Below are positions 53,421-62,101 of a stretch of DNA of 64,000 nucleotides, piece after piece. Positions within the stretch are counted from its first letter, which is position 1; every line of letters starts with the position of its first letter. Made by a program: the position numbers and the translations under genes. The stretch comes from Eubacteriales bacterium (GTDB lineage: Bacteria > Bacillota > Clostridia > Oscillospirales > CAG-272), in NCBI GenBank assembly GCA_045594085.1, contig JAZNXW010000004.1, positions 91,448-155,447 of the forward strand, given 5' to 3'. The notes under the pieces were generated by a model. It saw nothing but the letters and a program-made list of their open reading frames with translations, was not told where the DNA came from and searched no databases.

Positions 53421-54394
53421 ACAGAAACGAATGTGAAGTTTATACTGTGACCGAAGAAAACGTCGGGGTGCGCCTCGACGTTTTTCTCGCATCCGTGACG
53501 GAGCTTTCACGCTCGCAGGCGCAAAAGCTGATAGACGGCGGAGCCGTCGCCGTTCAGAACGTGAACGGTAAAGCCGCCGCTGTGACGAAAAAATACGTCC
53601 TTTGCGAGGGAGATTCGGTCGAGGTGATTCTGCCTGAGCCTGAGCCGCTTGACGTGAAGGCGGAAAACATTCCGCTCGACGTTGTTTATGAGGATGATGA
53701 CGTCATTGTTATCAATAAGCCCTCGGGAATGGTCGTCCATCCTGCCCCCGGCAATGAAACGGGCACTCTCGTCAACGCGCTTATGTATCATTGCGGCGAT
53801 TCACTGTCCGGCATCGGCGGTGTTCTGCGCCCCGGCATCGTCCATAGGATAGATAAGCACACGAGCGGACTTATCGCCGCGGCTAAAAACGATGCCGCGC
53901 ATCTGTCGCTCTCCGAGCAGCTCTCAACTCACGAGATGTATCGCGAATATAAGGCGATCCTCGTAGGCGCGCCGAAGGAAAACGAGGGTACTGTCAACGC
54001 ACCGATAGGCAGACATCCCGTCGACAGAAAGAAAATGGCTGTCATCAAGGGACAGGGCAGAGCCCGTGACGCAACAACGGATTATAAGGTCGAAAAATTG
54101 CTCCGAAGCCGCGAGGGCGAGCTCTTTTCGCTCGTTTCGTGCAGACTGCACACGGGCAGAACTCACCAGATCCGCGTCCATATGGCGTATCTTTCTCATC
54201 CCGTTGCCGGCGATGAGACCTACGGCGGCGGACGCACGCGCTTTGAGCGCGCCAACGCCGCGCTCCTTGACGGTCAGGCGCTTCACGCCAAAAAGCTCTC
54301 CTTCCGTCATCCGAGAACGGGCGAGAACGTCACTTTTGAATGCGATCTGCCCGACGGAATGAAAAAAGCACTCAAAAAATTAACCGAAGAATGA
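53417..54394 (+). CDS. rluD: RluA-family 23S rRNA pseudouridine synthase (RluD-like)
   Basis: N-terminal S4 domain, catalytic HRIDKHTSG and HQIRVH. ATGA overlap with lspA. Confidence 0.9.
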   Translation: MNRNECEVYTVTEENVGVRLDVFLASVTELSRSQAQKLIDGGAVAVQNVNGKAAAVTKKYVLCEGDSVEVILPEPEPLDVKAENIPLDVVYEDDDVIVINKPSGMVVHPAPGNETGTLVNALMYHCGDSLSGIGGVLRPGIVHRIDKHTSGLIAAAKNDAAHLSLSEQLSTHEMYREYKAILVGAPKENEGTVNAPIGRHPVDRKKMAVIKGQGRARDATTDYKVEKLLRSREGELFSLVSCRLHTGRTHQIRVHMAYLSHPVAGDETYGGGRTRFERANAALLDGQALHAKKLSFRHPRTGENVTFECDLPDGMKKALKKLTEE

Positions 54395-54400
54395 AATATA

Positions 54401-54451
54401 AGCCGCAACGTCGAAAATGTTTACATTTTCTGACACATTGCGGCTTTTTTT
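54401..54451 (+). terminator. Rho-independent terminator after rluD
   Basis: Outer stem agccgcaa / ttgcggct with an internal helix, followed by ttttttt. Confidence 0.7.
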
Positions 54452-54503
54452 CGTGGTACAATTGCATTGTAAGTATTAATGAGGAAAGGAACGGACGTTA
54501 ACT

Positions 54504-56282
54504 ATGGAAATACTGCAGCAAAAACGAACGCTTGAGGTTCTTTACGACCTCTTTTCGCTTCGTCCGGGAAAAACTCAATTTGTAAAATCAAACGCATATA
54601 AAGTGCCGTTCCCCGAAAAAACGGCAGAGGTAAAGCAGCTTCCGCGCTCGTCTCCCGAGGCGGAGGGCGTAAGCAGTCGTGACGTGGCGGAATTTTTTCG
54701 CAAACTAACGGATGCGGATACCAATCTGCATACAGTGATGCTCCTACGCCACGGAAAGGTTATCGCGGAGACGTCGTATAAGCCGTATTCCGCCGATGTG
54801 TGGCACGTCACGCACTCGATGTGTAAGACAGTGACGGCGCTCGCCGTGCTGATGCTGATGGACGAGGGGAAAGTCTCCGAGGATTCGCTTGTGACGGAGC
54901 TTCTCTCTACGGTGAAAACGCTTCCGTTTTCAAAGCACAAGACACTCACCGTACGCCATCTGCTCACGATGTCATCGGGAGTCGCGTTCGCGGAAACGGG
55001 AGCTGTGACGGATGAGGATTGGCTCAAGGGATACTTTGAGTCCACCGTCAAGTTTGAGCCCGGCACGGAATTCGCGTATAACAGCATGAACTCATACGTC
55101 TTGTCCGCGATCGTGAGTGCGGTGACGGGCAAGAGTATGACGGAATATCTTGAGCCGAGGCTGTTCCGACCACTCGGAATCACGACGTACCATTGGGAAA
55201 AATGCCCGCGAGGCATCGTCAAGGGCGGATGGGGACTTTATCTTATGCCCGAGGATATGGCAAAGATAGGTGAGCTTATCAGACGCGAGGGAAAATGGAA
55301 CGGCAAACAGCTCGTTTCGTCCTCGCTCATCAAAAAGCTTGCGGTCAAAACGATGGATACGCCCGAGGCGATGGGCAAGTACGGCTACGGACTGCACGCG
55401 TGGTGCGGTCCGCGTAAGGGCTGGCTCGTCTGTAACGGACTTTTCGGACAGAATATTATGGTGTGCCCCGATATCGGCGTGACCCTCGTTACGACGGGAG
55501 GCGTTGATACTTTGTTCCAGACCTGCCGTATGACAGATATCGCGGAGGAATTTTTGCTCGATCCCGATCATTTTTCGGATTCACCGAGACAGGCAGACCC
55601 CGACGGTAAAAGGGCACTGCGTGCAATATGCGAGGAAAACGCTTTGTATGATGCGCAAAAATCCGAAAAAAAGCAGATCATAGGCAAGTTTTTGTCGTTC
55701 AAGAATAAATCCGTACCGAAAACGCCCGAGTTCTGCCGCTCTCTACACGGCAAGACGTTCCGTATGGATGCGGAAAACGTGAGCGTGATGCCGATCGTAC
55801 CGCAGCTTATGCAGAATATATATGAGGTCGGCGTCAGCGAGATCGGATTTGAGTATGACCGCCGCAGCGACAGCTTTTTCGTCGTTCTCGAGACAAAAAA
55901 ACGAACGGAGCGTGTCCCCGTCGGCTTCGGTAAGGCGGAATATTTCGATCATAAGCTCGGAGATGAGGTATATAAGCTCGCCTGCGTCGGAGAAATGCGT
56001 GAAAACGAGGACGGCATCCCTGTCCTGAAGCTCCGCATACCGTGCCTCGAGCTCTCGTCTGAGCGCAGGATCAAGATCTTCTTTGAAAAAGACGGATCCG
56101 TGACTGTGAAATGGAGCGAGCTTCCCGGACGGAGACTGATACTCGATGCGTTTGATTATATGGTCAAGCCGTCGCTGAATAAGCCCATTATCGGTGCGAT
56201 CGCATCAAAAACGGACGGAGATTATCTCGTTTATCGCCTTGACCGTGTGATCGAGCCGGTGACGAAGGGAAATCGAGTCTGA
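54504..56282 (+). CDS. Serine hydrolase (class C beta-lactamase / DD-peptidase fold) with a C-terminal extension
   Basis: SxxK motif in THSMCKTVTALAV and YNSMN (YxN). 592 aa with no signal peptide. Confidence 0.8.
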   Translation: MEILQQKRTLEVLYDLFSLRPGKTQFVKSNAYKVPFPEKTAEVKQLPRSSPEAEGVSSRDVAEFFRKLTDADTNLHTVMLLRHGKVIAETSYKPYSADVWHVTHSMCKTVTALAVLMLMDEGKVSEDSLVTELLSTVKTLPFSKHKTLTVRHLLTMSSGVAFAETGAVTDEDWLKGYFESTVKFEPGTEFAYNSMNSYVLSAIVSAVTGKSMTEYLEPRLFRPLGITTYHWEKCPRGIVKGGWGLYLMPEDMAKIGELIRREGKWNGKQLVSSSLIKKLAVKTMDTPEAMGKYGYGLHAWCGPRKGWLVCNGLFGQNIMVCPDIGVTLVTTGGVDTLFQTCRMTDIAEEFLLDPDHFSDSPRQADPDGKRALRAICEENALYDAQKSEKKQIIGKFLSFKNKSVPKTPEFCRSLHGKTFRMDAENVSVMPIVPQLMQNIYEVGVSEIGFEYDRRSDSFFVVLETKKRTERVPVGFGKAEYFDHKLGDEVYKLACVGEMRENEDGIPVLKLRIPCLELSSERRIKIFFEKDGSVTVKWSELPGRRLILDAFDYMVKPSLNKPIIGAIASKTDGDYLVYRLDRVIEPVTKGNRV

Positions 56283-56339
56283 TTTTGTCAAAAAATCGCA
56301 TCCTTAAACGATTCTTAAGGAAAAAACTCTTTCAAATTA

Positions 56340-56367
56340 AATAAAAATATGCTACAATCAAAAGCGT
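56340..56367 (+). promoter_or_regulatory. Candidate sigma-A promoter for the YwaF-like gene
   Basis: TTCAAA (56340-56345), a 16-nt spacer, then TACAAT (56362-56367), with TG upstream of the -10. Confidence 0.5.
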
Positions 56368-56396
56368 GATCCGAAAACGGAAAGGATTTTGCTTTT

Positions 56397-57125
56397 ATGG
56401 CGTATTTTTTTGAAACAACCGAAACGATTCCCGAAGGTCTTGGCTTTAACGCTTACGGCCCGCTCCATTTGACTTGGCTTCTTTGCCTTGCGATTGCTCT
56501 CGCGGCAGCGTCCGTTTGCTACAAACGCCTCGACGAAAAAGGACGCTCGAGTTTCATGAAGGTGCTTGCTGTTGTTATCTTTGTCAGCGAGATCGTGAGA
56601 GATACGATCTTCCTGATCGGCGGCACGTTTACTGTTGATATGCTTCCGCTTCACCTTTGCGGAATAAACATATTCATCATTCTTGTGTATGCGTATTATC
56701 CGAAGGAGGTCTTGGCGGAGTATCTTTACGCCGTGTGTATGCCCGGCGCGCTTGCGGCACTCCTGTTCCCGTCATGGACGTCGCTTCCCATAACGTCATT
56801 TTCACACGTACACAGCTTTGTGGTGCATCTGCTCCTCTTTATGGCTCCGTTTCTGCTTCTTGTCGGCGGATTCAAGCCGCAATTCAAGAGACTCTGGAAG
56901 TCGCTTCCGTATGCGCTTCCCGTTGTTGTGTTCGTATACATCTTCAATAAGATATTCGACACGGATTTTATGTTCCTGAACGGCGGCGGACAGGGCAACC
57001 CGATCGCGTTTTTTGCGTCAATCCTCGGTGATCCGCTCTACATAATTTCTATCCCGTTTCTTATCGCGATCGTGTGGAGCGCGATGTACGGAATACCTTA
57101 TCTTTGGAAAAAAGCACGCTCATAA
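56397..57125 (+). CDS. YwaF/TIGR02206-like integral membrane protein
   Basis: 242 aa with about 7 TM helices. The LPLHLCG motif is typical of this family as I recall it. Confidence 0.7.
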   Translation: MAYFFETTETIPEGLGFNAYGPLHLTWLLCLAIALAAASVCYKRLDEKGRSSFMKVLAVVIFVSEIVRDTIFLIGGTFTVDMLPLHLCGINIFIILVYAYYPKEVLAEYLYAVCMPGALAALLFPSWTSLPITSFSHVHSFVVHLLLFMAPFLLLVGGFKPQFKRLWKSLPYALPVVVFVYIFNKIFDTDFMFLNGGGQGNPIAFFASILGDPLYIISIPFLIAIVWSAMYGIPYLWKKARS

Positions 57126-57137
57126 GCGTGCTTTTTT
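57108..57137 (+). terminator. Rho-independent terminator after the YwaF-like gene
   Basis: aaaaaagcacgct-cat-aagcgtgctttttt, overlapping the stop codon. Confidence 0.75.
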
Positions 57138-57160
57138 GCGTTTTCAGACGCCGGAAACAT

Positions 57161-57190
57161 AAAAAAGCACCGAGAAATCGGTGCTTTTTT
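57161..57190 (-). terminator. Rho-independent terminator after the MscS gene
   Basis: aaaaaagcaccga-gaaa-tcggtgctttttt. This is the same hairpin as at 36399. Confidence 0.75.
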
Positions 57191-57202
57191 ATTGATTTGA
57201 GA

Positions 57203-58018
57203 TTACTTTGCGATCGTCGTGACGTCAAGTACGGGACGTGCAACGATGATGCCTTCTTCCGCGAAGATCTCGGGAATCTTCTTTGTGAGATCAAACTTGA
57301 GAGTCCAGTAGTCAGCGCCGTCGCACCATACGCGGAGCGTAAGGTTGAGACAGCCGGAGCCGTAGCCGGTAACAGCGGAGAAGGGAGCCTCATGATCGAT
57401 GATTCTGTCGTCAACCGCGACCTTTTCGGTGAGAACCTTGAGTGCCTTGTCGATGTCGGATGCGGGAGAAACGCTGATGTCGATGTCAACGCGGCGCTTG
57501 CCTTCTGCCGTAACGTTGACGATGGTGCTGCCTGTTACATTGCTGTTGGGCAGAACAACGCGTCTGTTGTCAACCGTAACGAGAGTTGTGTAGAAGATGC
57601 TGATCTTCGTAACGGTTCCTTCTTCGCCGCCGCATACGATGTAATCACCGAGATCGAAGGGCTTGAAGATGAGAAGGATCATGCCGCCTGCGAAGTTGGA
57701 AAGTCCACCCTGAAGAGCAAGACCGACAGCAAGACCTGCAGATCCGAGAAGCGCGATGATGGAGGTCATCGGTACACCGAGGACAGAGGCAACGGTGAGA
57801 ACGAGAACGACGTTAAGCACGAAAACGAGCGCGCTCTTGATGAAGCCCGCGGCTGCTTCGTTCATATTCTTCGCGAACTTTGTCTTATCAAAGAGCTTTA
57901 CAATGCCCTTGACGAGATATCTGCCGAGAAAGAAGATGAGAACGGCGTAAAGAAGCTTGAGAGCGATCGTTACCGCGTACTCAGAAATGAGAGAGGTGAT
58001 GGTTTCGAGGAAATCCAT
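57203..58018 (-). CDS. mscS: Small-conductance mechanosensitive channel (MscS family)
   Basis: Three TM helices, then GSAGLAVGLALQGGLSNFAGGMILLIFKPFDLGDYI (pore helix/beta domain). Confidence 0.88.
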   Translation of the reverse strand: MDFLETITSLISEYAVTIALKLLYAVLIFFLGRYLVKGIVKLFDKTKFAKNMNEAAAGFIKSALVFVLNVVLVLTVASVLGVPMTSIIALLGSAGLAVGLALQGGLSNFAGGMILLIFKPFDLGDYIVCGGEEGTVTKISIFYTTLVTVDNRRVVLPNSNVTGSTIVNVTAEGKRRVDIDISVSPASDIDKALKVLTEKVAVDDRIIDHEAPFSAVTGYGSGCLNLTLRVWCDGADYWTLKFDLTKKIPEIFAEEGIIVARPVLDVTTIAK

Positions 58019-58071
58019 TTGGTTACTCCTTTTTTGAAAAATTTATAGACGAAGCGTAAAACGCGATTCGT

Positions 58072-60387
58072 TTACTTTGTGTCACCGCGGATAACGCCGC
58101 GTCGGATCTTGCCGCTGATGGTCTTTGGAAGATCGTCAACGAACTCGACTATTCTTGGATATTTGTACGGCGCGGTGTGTTCCTTGACGTAATTCTGGAT
58201 CTCGCGCTTGAGCTCGTCTGTGCCGACCGTTCCCTTAGTGAGCACGATCGTAGCCTTGACGACGTTGCCTCGGATCTCGTCCTTTGCCGCTGTTACGGCA
58301 ACCTCGAGAACGTAGGGCAGCTCCATGATGACGCTTTCGATCTCAAACGGTCCGATGCGGTATCCGGAGGACTTGATAACGTCGTCAACTCTGCCGACGT
58401 AGTAGAAATATCCGTCCTCATCGCGCCAAGCGGTGTCGCCGGTGTGATACATGCCGTCGTGCCAAGCCTGCGCTGTCAGCTCCTCGGAGCCGTAGTAGCC
58501 CTGGAACAGACCGACGGGCGCTGTGTTGCCGGTGTGGATGACGATCTCGCCAACCTCGCCCTTCGGGAGAGATTTTCCGTCGGGATCGACGATGTCTACG
58601 TTATACTGCGGGCTCGGACGACCCATGGAGCCCATCTTGATTGAGGAACCGACGAGATTTGCGAGCGCGAGTGTCGTTTCGGTCTGACCGAAGCCTTCCA
58701 TGATGCTGATACCGGTCGCTTCCTTGAAGCGGTGGAATACCTCGGGATTGAGCGCTTCGCCCGCTGTGGTAGCGTATTCAAGCGAGGACAGATCGTATGC
58801 GGACAGATCCTCACGGATCATAAAGCGATACATTGTGGGCGGCGCGCAGAACGTGGTGATCTTGTACTGAGAGATGACGGAGAGGATGTCCTCTGCGTGG
58901 AAGCGGTCAAAGTCATAGATGAATACGGGTGCTTCACTGAGCCACTGACCGTAGAGCTTGCCCCAGAGAGCCTTGCCCCAGCCGGTGTCGGAGATCGTAA
59001 AGTGGATGCCGTTGGGATTGACGTTGTGCCAATATTTTGCCGTCATATAGTGACCGAGCGCATACGTGTAGCTGTGCGCGGCGATCTTGGGATAGCCTGT
59101 TGTGCCGGATGTGAAGAACATGATCATCGTCTCGTTGCCCGCGGGAGTGTCTTCCGTCCTCGGGAACGTGTCGGCGTAATCTCCGTTTGCGAGCGCGGCG
59201 TCGAGATCGAGCCATCCTTCGGGGCAGTGGGCATTGCCGCCCGCCGTGATGCGAAGCTCGAGGGTTTCGGACTCGGGTACAGCCTCGTCAACGTGAGCGG
59301 TTACGCCGTCAAGACGCGTTGCGATGATGGCCTTGACTCCTGCGGAGTTGAAGCGATAAACGTAGTCCTTCTTGAGAAGCTGAGTCGTCGCAGGGATCAT
59401 GATCGCACCGATCTTGCAAAGTGCGCAGGCGCAGGTCCAGAACTGATAGTGACGGCGCAGAACGAGCATTACGCGATCGCCCTTCTTGATTCCGAGCGAA
59501 ACGAGATAATTCGCGGTGCGGTTGATGTCACGGTCAAGCTCACCGAACGTGCGGCGAAGCTCGTTTTTATCGCGGTCGAGATGGATGAGCGCCGTTTTGT
59601 CGGGCTTTTCCTCAGCAAGACGCTGAACGGTATCGTAAGCGAAGTTGTAGCGATCGGTGTTCTTAAACTCGATCTTTACGGGAGTGCCTTTTTCGTTTTT
59701 CTCAACGGTGATGAAGTCTGCGGAAACGTCGGATCCGTCTTCGGTAACGGAAACCGCCTTTTCGGGAGAAAAACCGTCCTCGTCGGGATATTCGTATGCG
59801 GTTCCGTCCTGATTCATAACGATTGCGATGAATTCGCAGTCGTGTCCGCCCGTGGCGATCATGCCGTGGGGCATAGAGGAATCGTAGTAGACGGAGTCGC
59901 CCTCGTAAAGGTGCTCGATTCTGCCGTCGAGCGAGACGAGAAGCTCGCCCTTGATGATGACGTTGAATTCCTGACCCTTGTGAGAGGAAAGACGGATGGG
60001 CTCGTTCTGCTCAGCCTCGGAATACTTGGCAACAACGGAGAACGGCTCCGCAATCTTGCTCTTGAAGAGGGGTGCTAAATTATTATAGGAAAATCCGCGT
60101 CTGCGTGCGATGGGAAGTCCGCCGCCGCGGCGAGTCACGGAATATTCGGTAAGAGTGGGGCTCGAGCCTTTGAGAATATCCGTAACGTCAACACCGAACA
60201 GGTGCGCGCACTTGTAGATGAAAGTAAACGAGAAATCAAGCTCGCCGCGTTCATAAGCACGGTAAGTTTCAATCGATACTCCGGCAGCGTTTGCTGCTGT
60301 TTCTTCTGTAATCTCGAGTATTTCTCTCAGATCCTTAATTCGAAGAGCGACCTCCTTTATTGCATTGTTCTCTTTAGTGTTATACAT
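58072..60387 (-). CDS. Fusion protein: XRE-type HTH plus cupin (PuuR-like) N-terminus joined to an AMP-forming acyl-CoA synthetase
   Basis: Trimmed to the ATG at 60387 (GGAGGA RBS). The HTH lies at about aa 10-70 (AANAAGVSIETYRAYERGE). The cupin lies at about aa 110-195 (HKGQEFNVIIKGELLV...GDSVYYDSSMPHGM). ANL motifs are TSGTTGYPK, YHTGD, GRVDDVIKSSGYRIGPFEIE and ISGKIRR. Confidence 0.85.
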   Translation of the reverse strand: MYNTKENNAIKEVALRIKDLREILEITEETAANAAGVSIETYRAYERGELDFSFTFIYKCAHLFGVDVTDILKGSSPTLTEYSVTRRGGGLPIARRRGFSYNNLAPLFKSKIAEPFSVVAKYSEAEQNEPIRLSSHKGQEFNVIIKGELLVSLDGRIEHLYEGDSVYYDSSMPHGMIATGGHDCEFIAIVMNQDGTAYEYPDEDGFSPEKAVSVTEDGSDVSADFITVEKNEKGTPVKIEFKNTDRYNFAYDTVQRLAEEKPDKTALIHLDRDKNELRRTFGELDRDINRTANYLVSLGIKKGDRVMLVLRRHYQFWTCACALCKIGAIMIPATTQLLKKDYVYRFNSAGVKAIIATRLDGVTAHVDEAVPESETLELRITAGGNAHCPEGWLDLDAALANGDYADTFPRTEDTPAGNETMIMFFTSGTTGYPKIAAHSYTYALGHYMTAKYWHNVNPNGIHFTISDTGWGKALWGKLYGQWLSEAPVFIYDFDRFHAEDILSVISQYKITTFCAPPTMYRFMIREDLSAYDLSSLEYATTAGEALNPEVFHRFKEATGISIMEGFGQTETTLALANLVGSSIKMGSMGRPSPQYNVDIVDPDGKSLPKGEVGEIVIHTGNTAPVGLFQGYYGSEELTAQAWHDGMYHTGDTAWRDEDGYFYYVGRVDDVIKSSGYRIGPFEIESVIMELPYVLEVAVTAAKDEIRGNVVKATIVLTKGTVGTDELKREIQNYVKEHTAPYKYPRIVEFVDDLPKTISGKIRRGVIRGDTK

Positions 60388-60507
60388 ACGGTTATCCTCC
60401 TTCTTCGGATAATAAAAATATGAGATAATTTTATCACCGCGAAAAAAAGCTGTCAAGAAAAAAATCGCAGACTTGTATAAACATCTGCAATATTCACAAC
60501 ATAACCC

Positions 60508-60536
60508 TTGATTATGAATAAAAATTGGTGTAAAAT
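60508..60536 (+). promoter_or_regulatory. Candidate sigma-A promoter for the GH43 gene
   Basis: TTGATT (60508-60513), a 17-nt spacer, then TAAAAT (60531-60536), with TG at -15/-14. Confidence 0.55.
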
Positions 60537-60576
60537 GAAAACGAACACAGTAAATGACGCGAAAGGAGCCGAAGCT

Positions 60577-62067
60577 ATGACAGAACAGAAGAAGCTCGAT
60601 ATCATTTATCCCAAGGCGCCGCCCGCACAGCCTCCGATGCCGGAATGGAAGCGTCCCTCAGGCCCGCCTCCGCCTCCGGATAACGGTCATAACAATCCGC
60701 AGGCGCGTCCGAGACGTCCGAGACCTCCGTTTATGCGTCCCGATATGACGAAACGCGGACTTTGGGGTGCGCACGATCCGGCGATTTACCGTGATCCCGT
60801 TTCGGGCGATTATTTTGCATACTGCACACATCAGAACGTGTACCGTTCGCATGATATGATCGATTGGAAATGGATCGGCGGCATCATCGATGAAACTCCT
60901 GATGAGGTCTTTGCTTGGACGAACAGCCGCGGACTCTGGGCACCCGACATCATCAAGGTCGGAGATGAGTACAGAATGTACTGCTCGTGCTCTTCCTTCG
61001 GTGTTCAGCTTTCGTGCATATATCTCGCCGTCTCGGATAAGCCCGAGGGACCGTATACGTACCGCGGGATCGTTGTCAAGACGAATAGAAACTCCGCCGT
61101 CAACGCAATTGACGCGAATCTCGTCGTTGACGAGAGAACGGGTGAGCAGTATATGGCGTTTGGCTCGTTCTGGGGCGGTATCCGTCTGATGCAGCTCGAT
61201 CCCGAGACGGGACTTGCGCTTGATAAATCTGAATGCGAGGACGGAAGAAGCACCGAGGAGGCAATGGGACCGTGCATATGCTGCCGTCCGCTTTGGTGTG
61301 ACCGCGCAGTAGAGGGCGCATACATACGCTACAACAAGGAAACGGACTATTATTATCTGTTCGTTTCGTACGGCTCGCTTTCGAGCGATTATAATATCAG
61401 AGTCGGCAGATCAAAGGATATCAAGGGTCCGTATGTGGACTTTAACGGCAGAGAAATGACGGATCTTGAGGATCCCGACTTCAGAACGGGAACAATGATC
61501 GCGGCGGGCTACCGCTTCGAAAATTCGCGCGGCTGGATGGGCCCGGGACATAACTCCGTTCTCGTTGACGAGGACGGCTGGTTCCTTGTCTGCCATATCA
61601 GACCGTACGGCGTGTATAAGCACGTCGATTCGACGATGCATATTAGACGTATCGTTTGGTCAAGTGACGGCTGGCCGATGCTCTCGCCCGAGAATTACGC
61701 AGGCGAGCCGATCCGGCCGATCCCGTCCGAGGCAATCTGGGGCAGATACGAATGGATCACGCTTACTCCCACCGTACCGCAGAGCGTCATTGGTTGCGCT
61801 CCCGCAACGATCATGCCTAACGGCGGTATGCACATCTCGAGTCATACTCGTATCCGTTGGAGCTACGACGGAGATTGCGGCATAAAGATCGACATGGGCG
61901 GCGGACACACGGCGGAATGTAAGGCGCTGACCGCGTGGGATGCGGAAAATGAAGTTCCCACAGTTGTCCTTACGGGACTCACAAACGAAGGAGTTGCCGT
62001 TTGGGCGAAAAAGGTCGGTGAGATTCCGCAAAGATTAGGTCCCGGATCGGGCGGTCCGACAGTATAA
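60577..62067 (+). CDS. Glycoside hydrolase family 43 (arabinanase-like) with a proline-rich N-terminal extension
   Basis: Trimmed to the ATG at 60577 (AAAGGAG RBS). GLWGAHDPAIY, LWAPDI and AVEGAYI blocks match the GH43 five-bladed propeller. No signal peptide. Confidence 0.82.
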   Translation: MTEQKKLDIIYPKAPPAQPPMPEWKRPSGPPPPPDNGHNNPQARPRRPRPPFMRPDMTKRGLWGAHDPAIYRDPVSGDYFAYCTHQNVYRSHDMIDWKWIGGIIDETPDEVFAWTNSRGLWAPDIIKVGDEYRMYCSCSSFGVQLSCIYLAVSDKPEGPYTYRGIVVKTNRNSAVNAIDANLVVDERTGEQYMAFGSFWGGIRLMQLDPETGLALDKSECEDGRSTEEAMGPCICCRPLWCDRAVEGAYIRYNKETDYYYLFVSYGSLSSDYNIRVGRSKDIKGPYVDFNGREMTDLEDPDFRTGTMIAAGYRFENSRGWMGPGHNSVLVDEDGWFLVCHIRPYGVYKHVDSTMHIRRIVWSSDGWPMLSPENYAGEPIRPIPSEAIWGRYEWITLTPTVPQSVIGCAPATIMPNGGMHISSHTRIRWSYDGDCGIKIDMGGGHTAECKALTAWDAENEVPTVVLTGLTNEGVAVWAKKVGEIPQRLGPGSGGPTV

Positions 62068-62101
62068 TTAACGTAAAAACATAAAAAAGGAGCGTGAGTG
62101 T

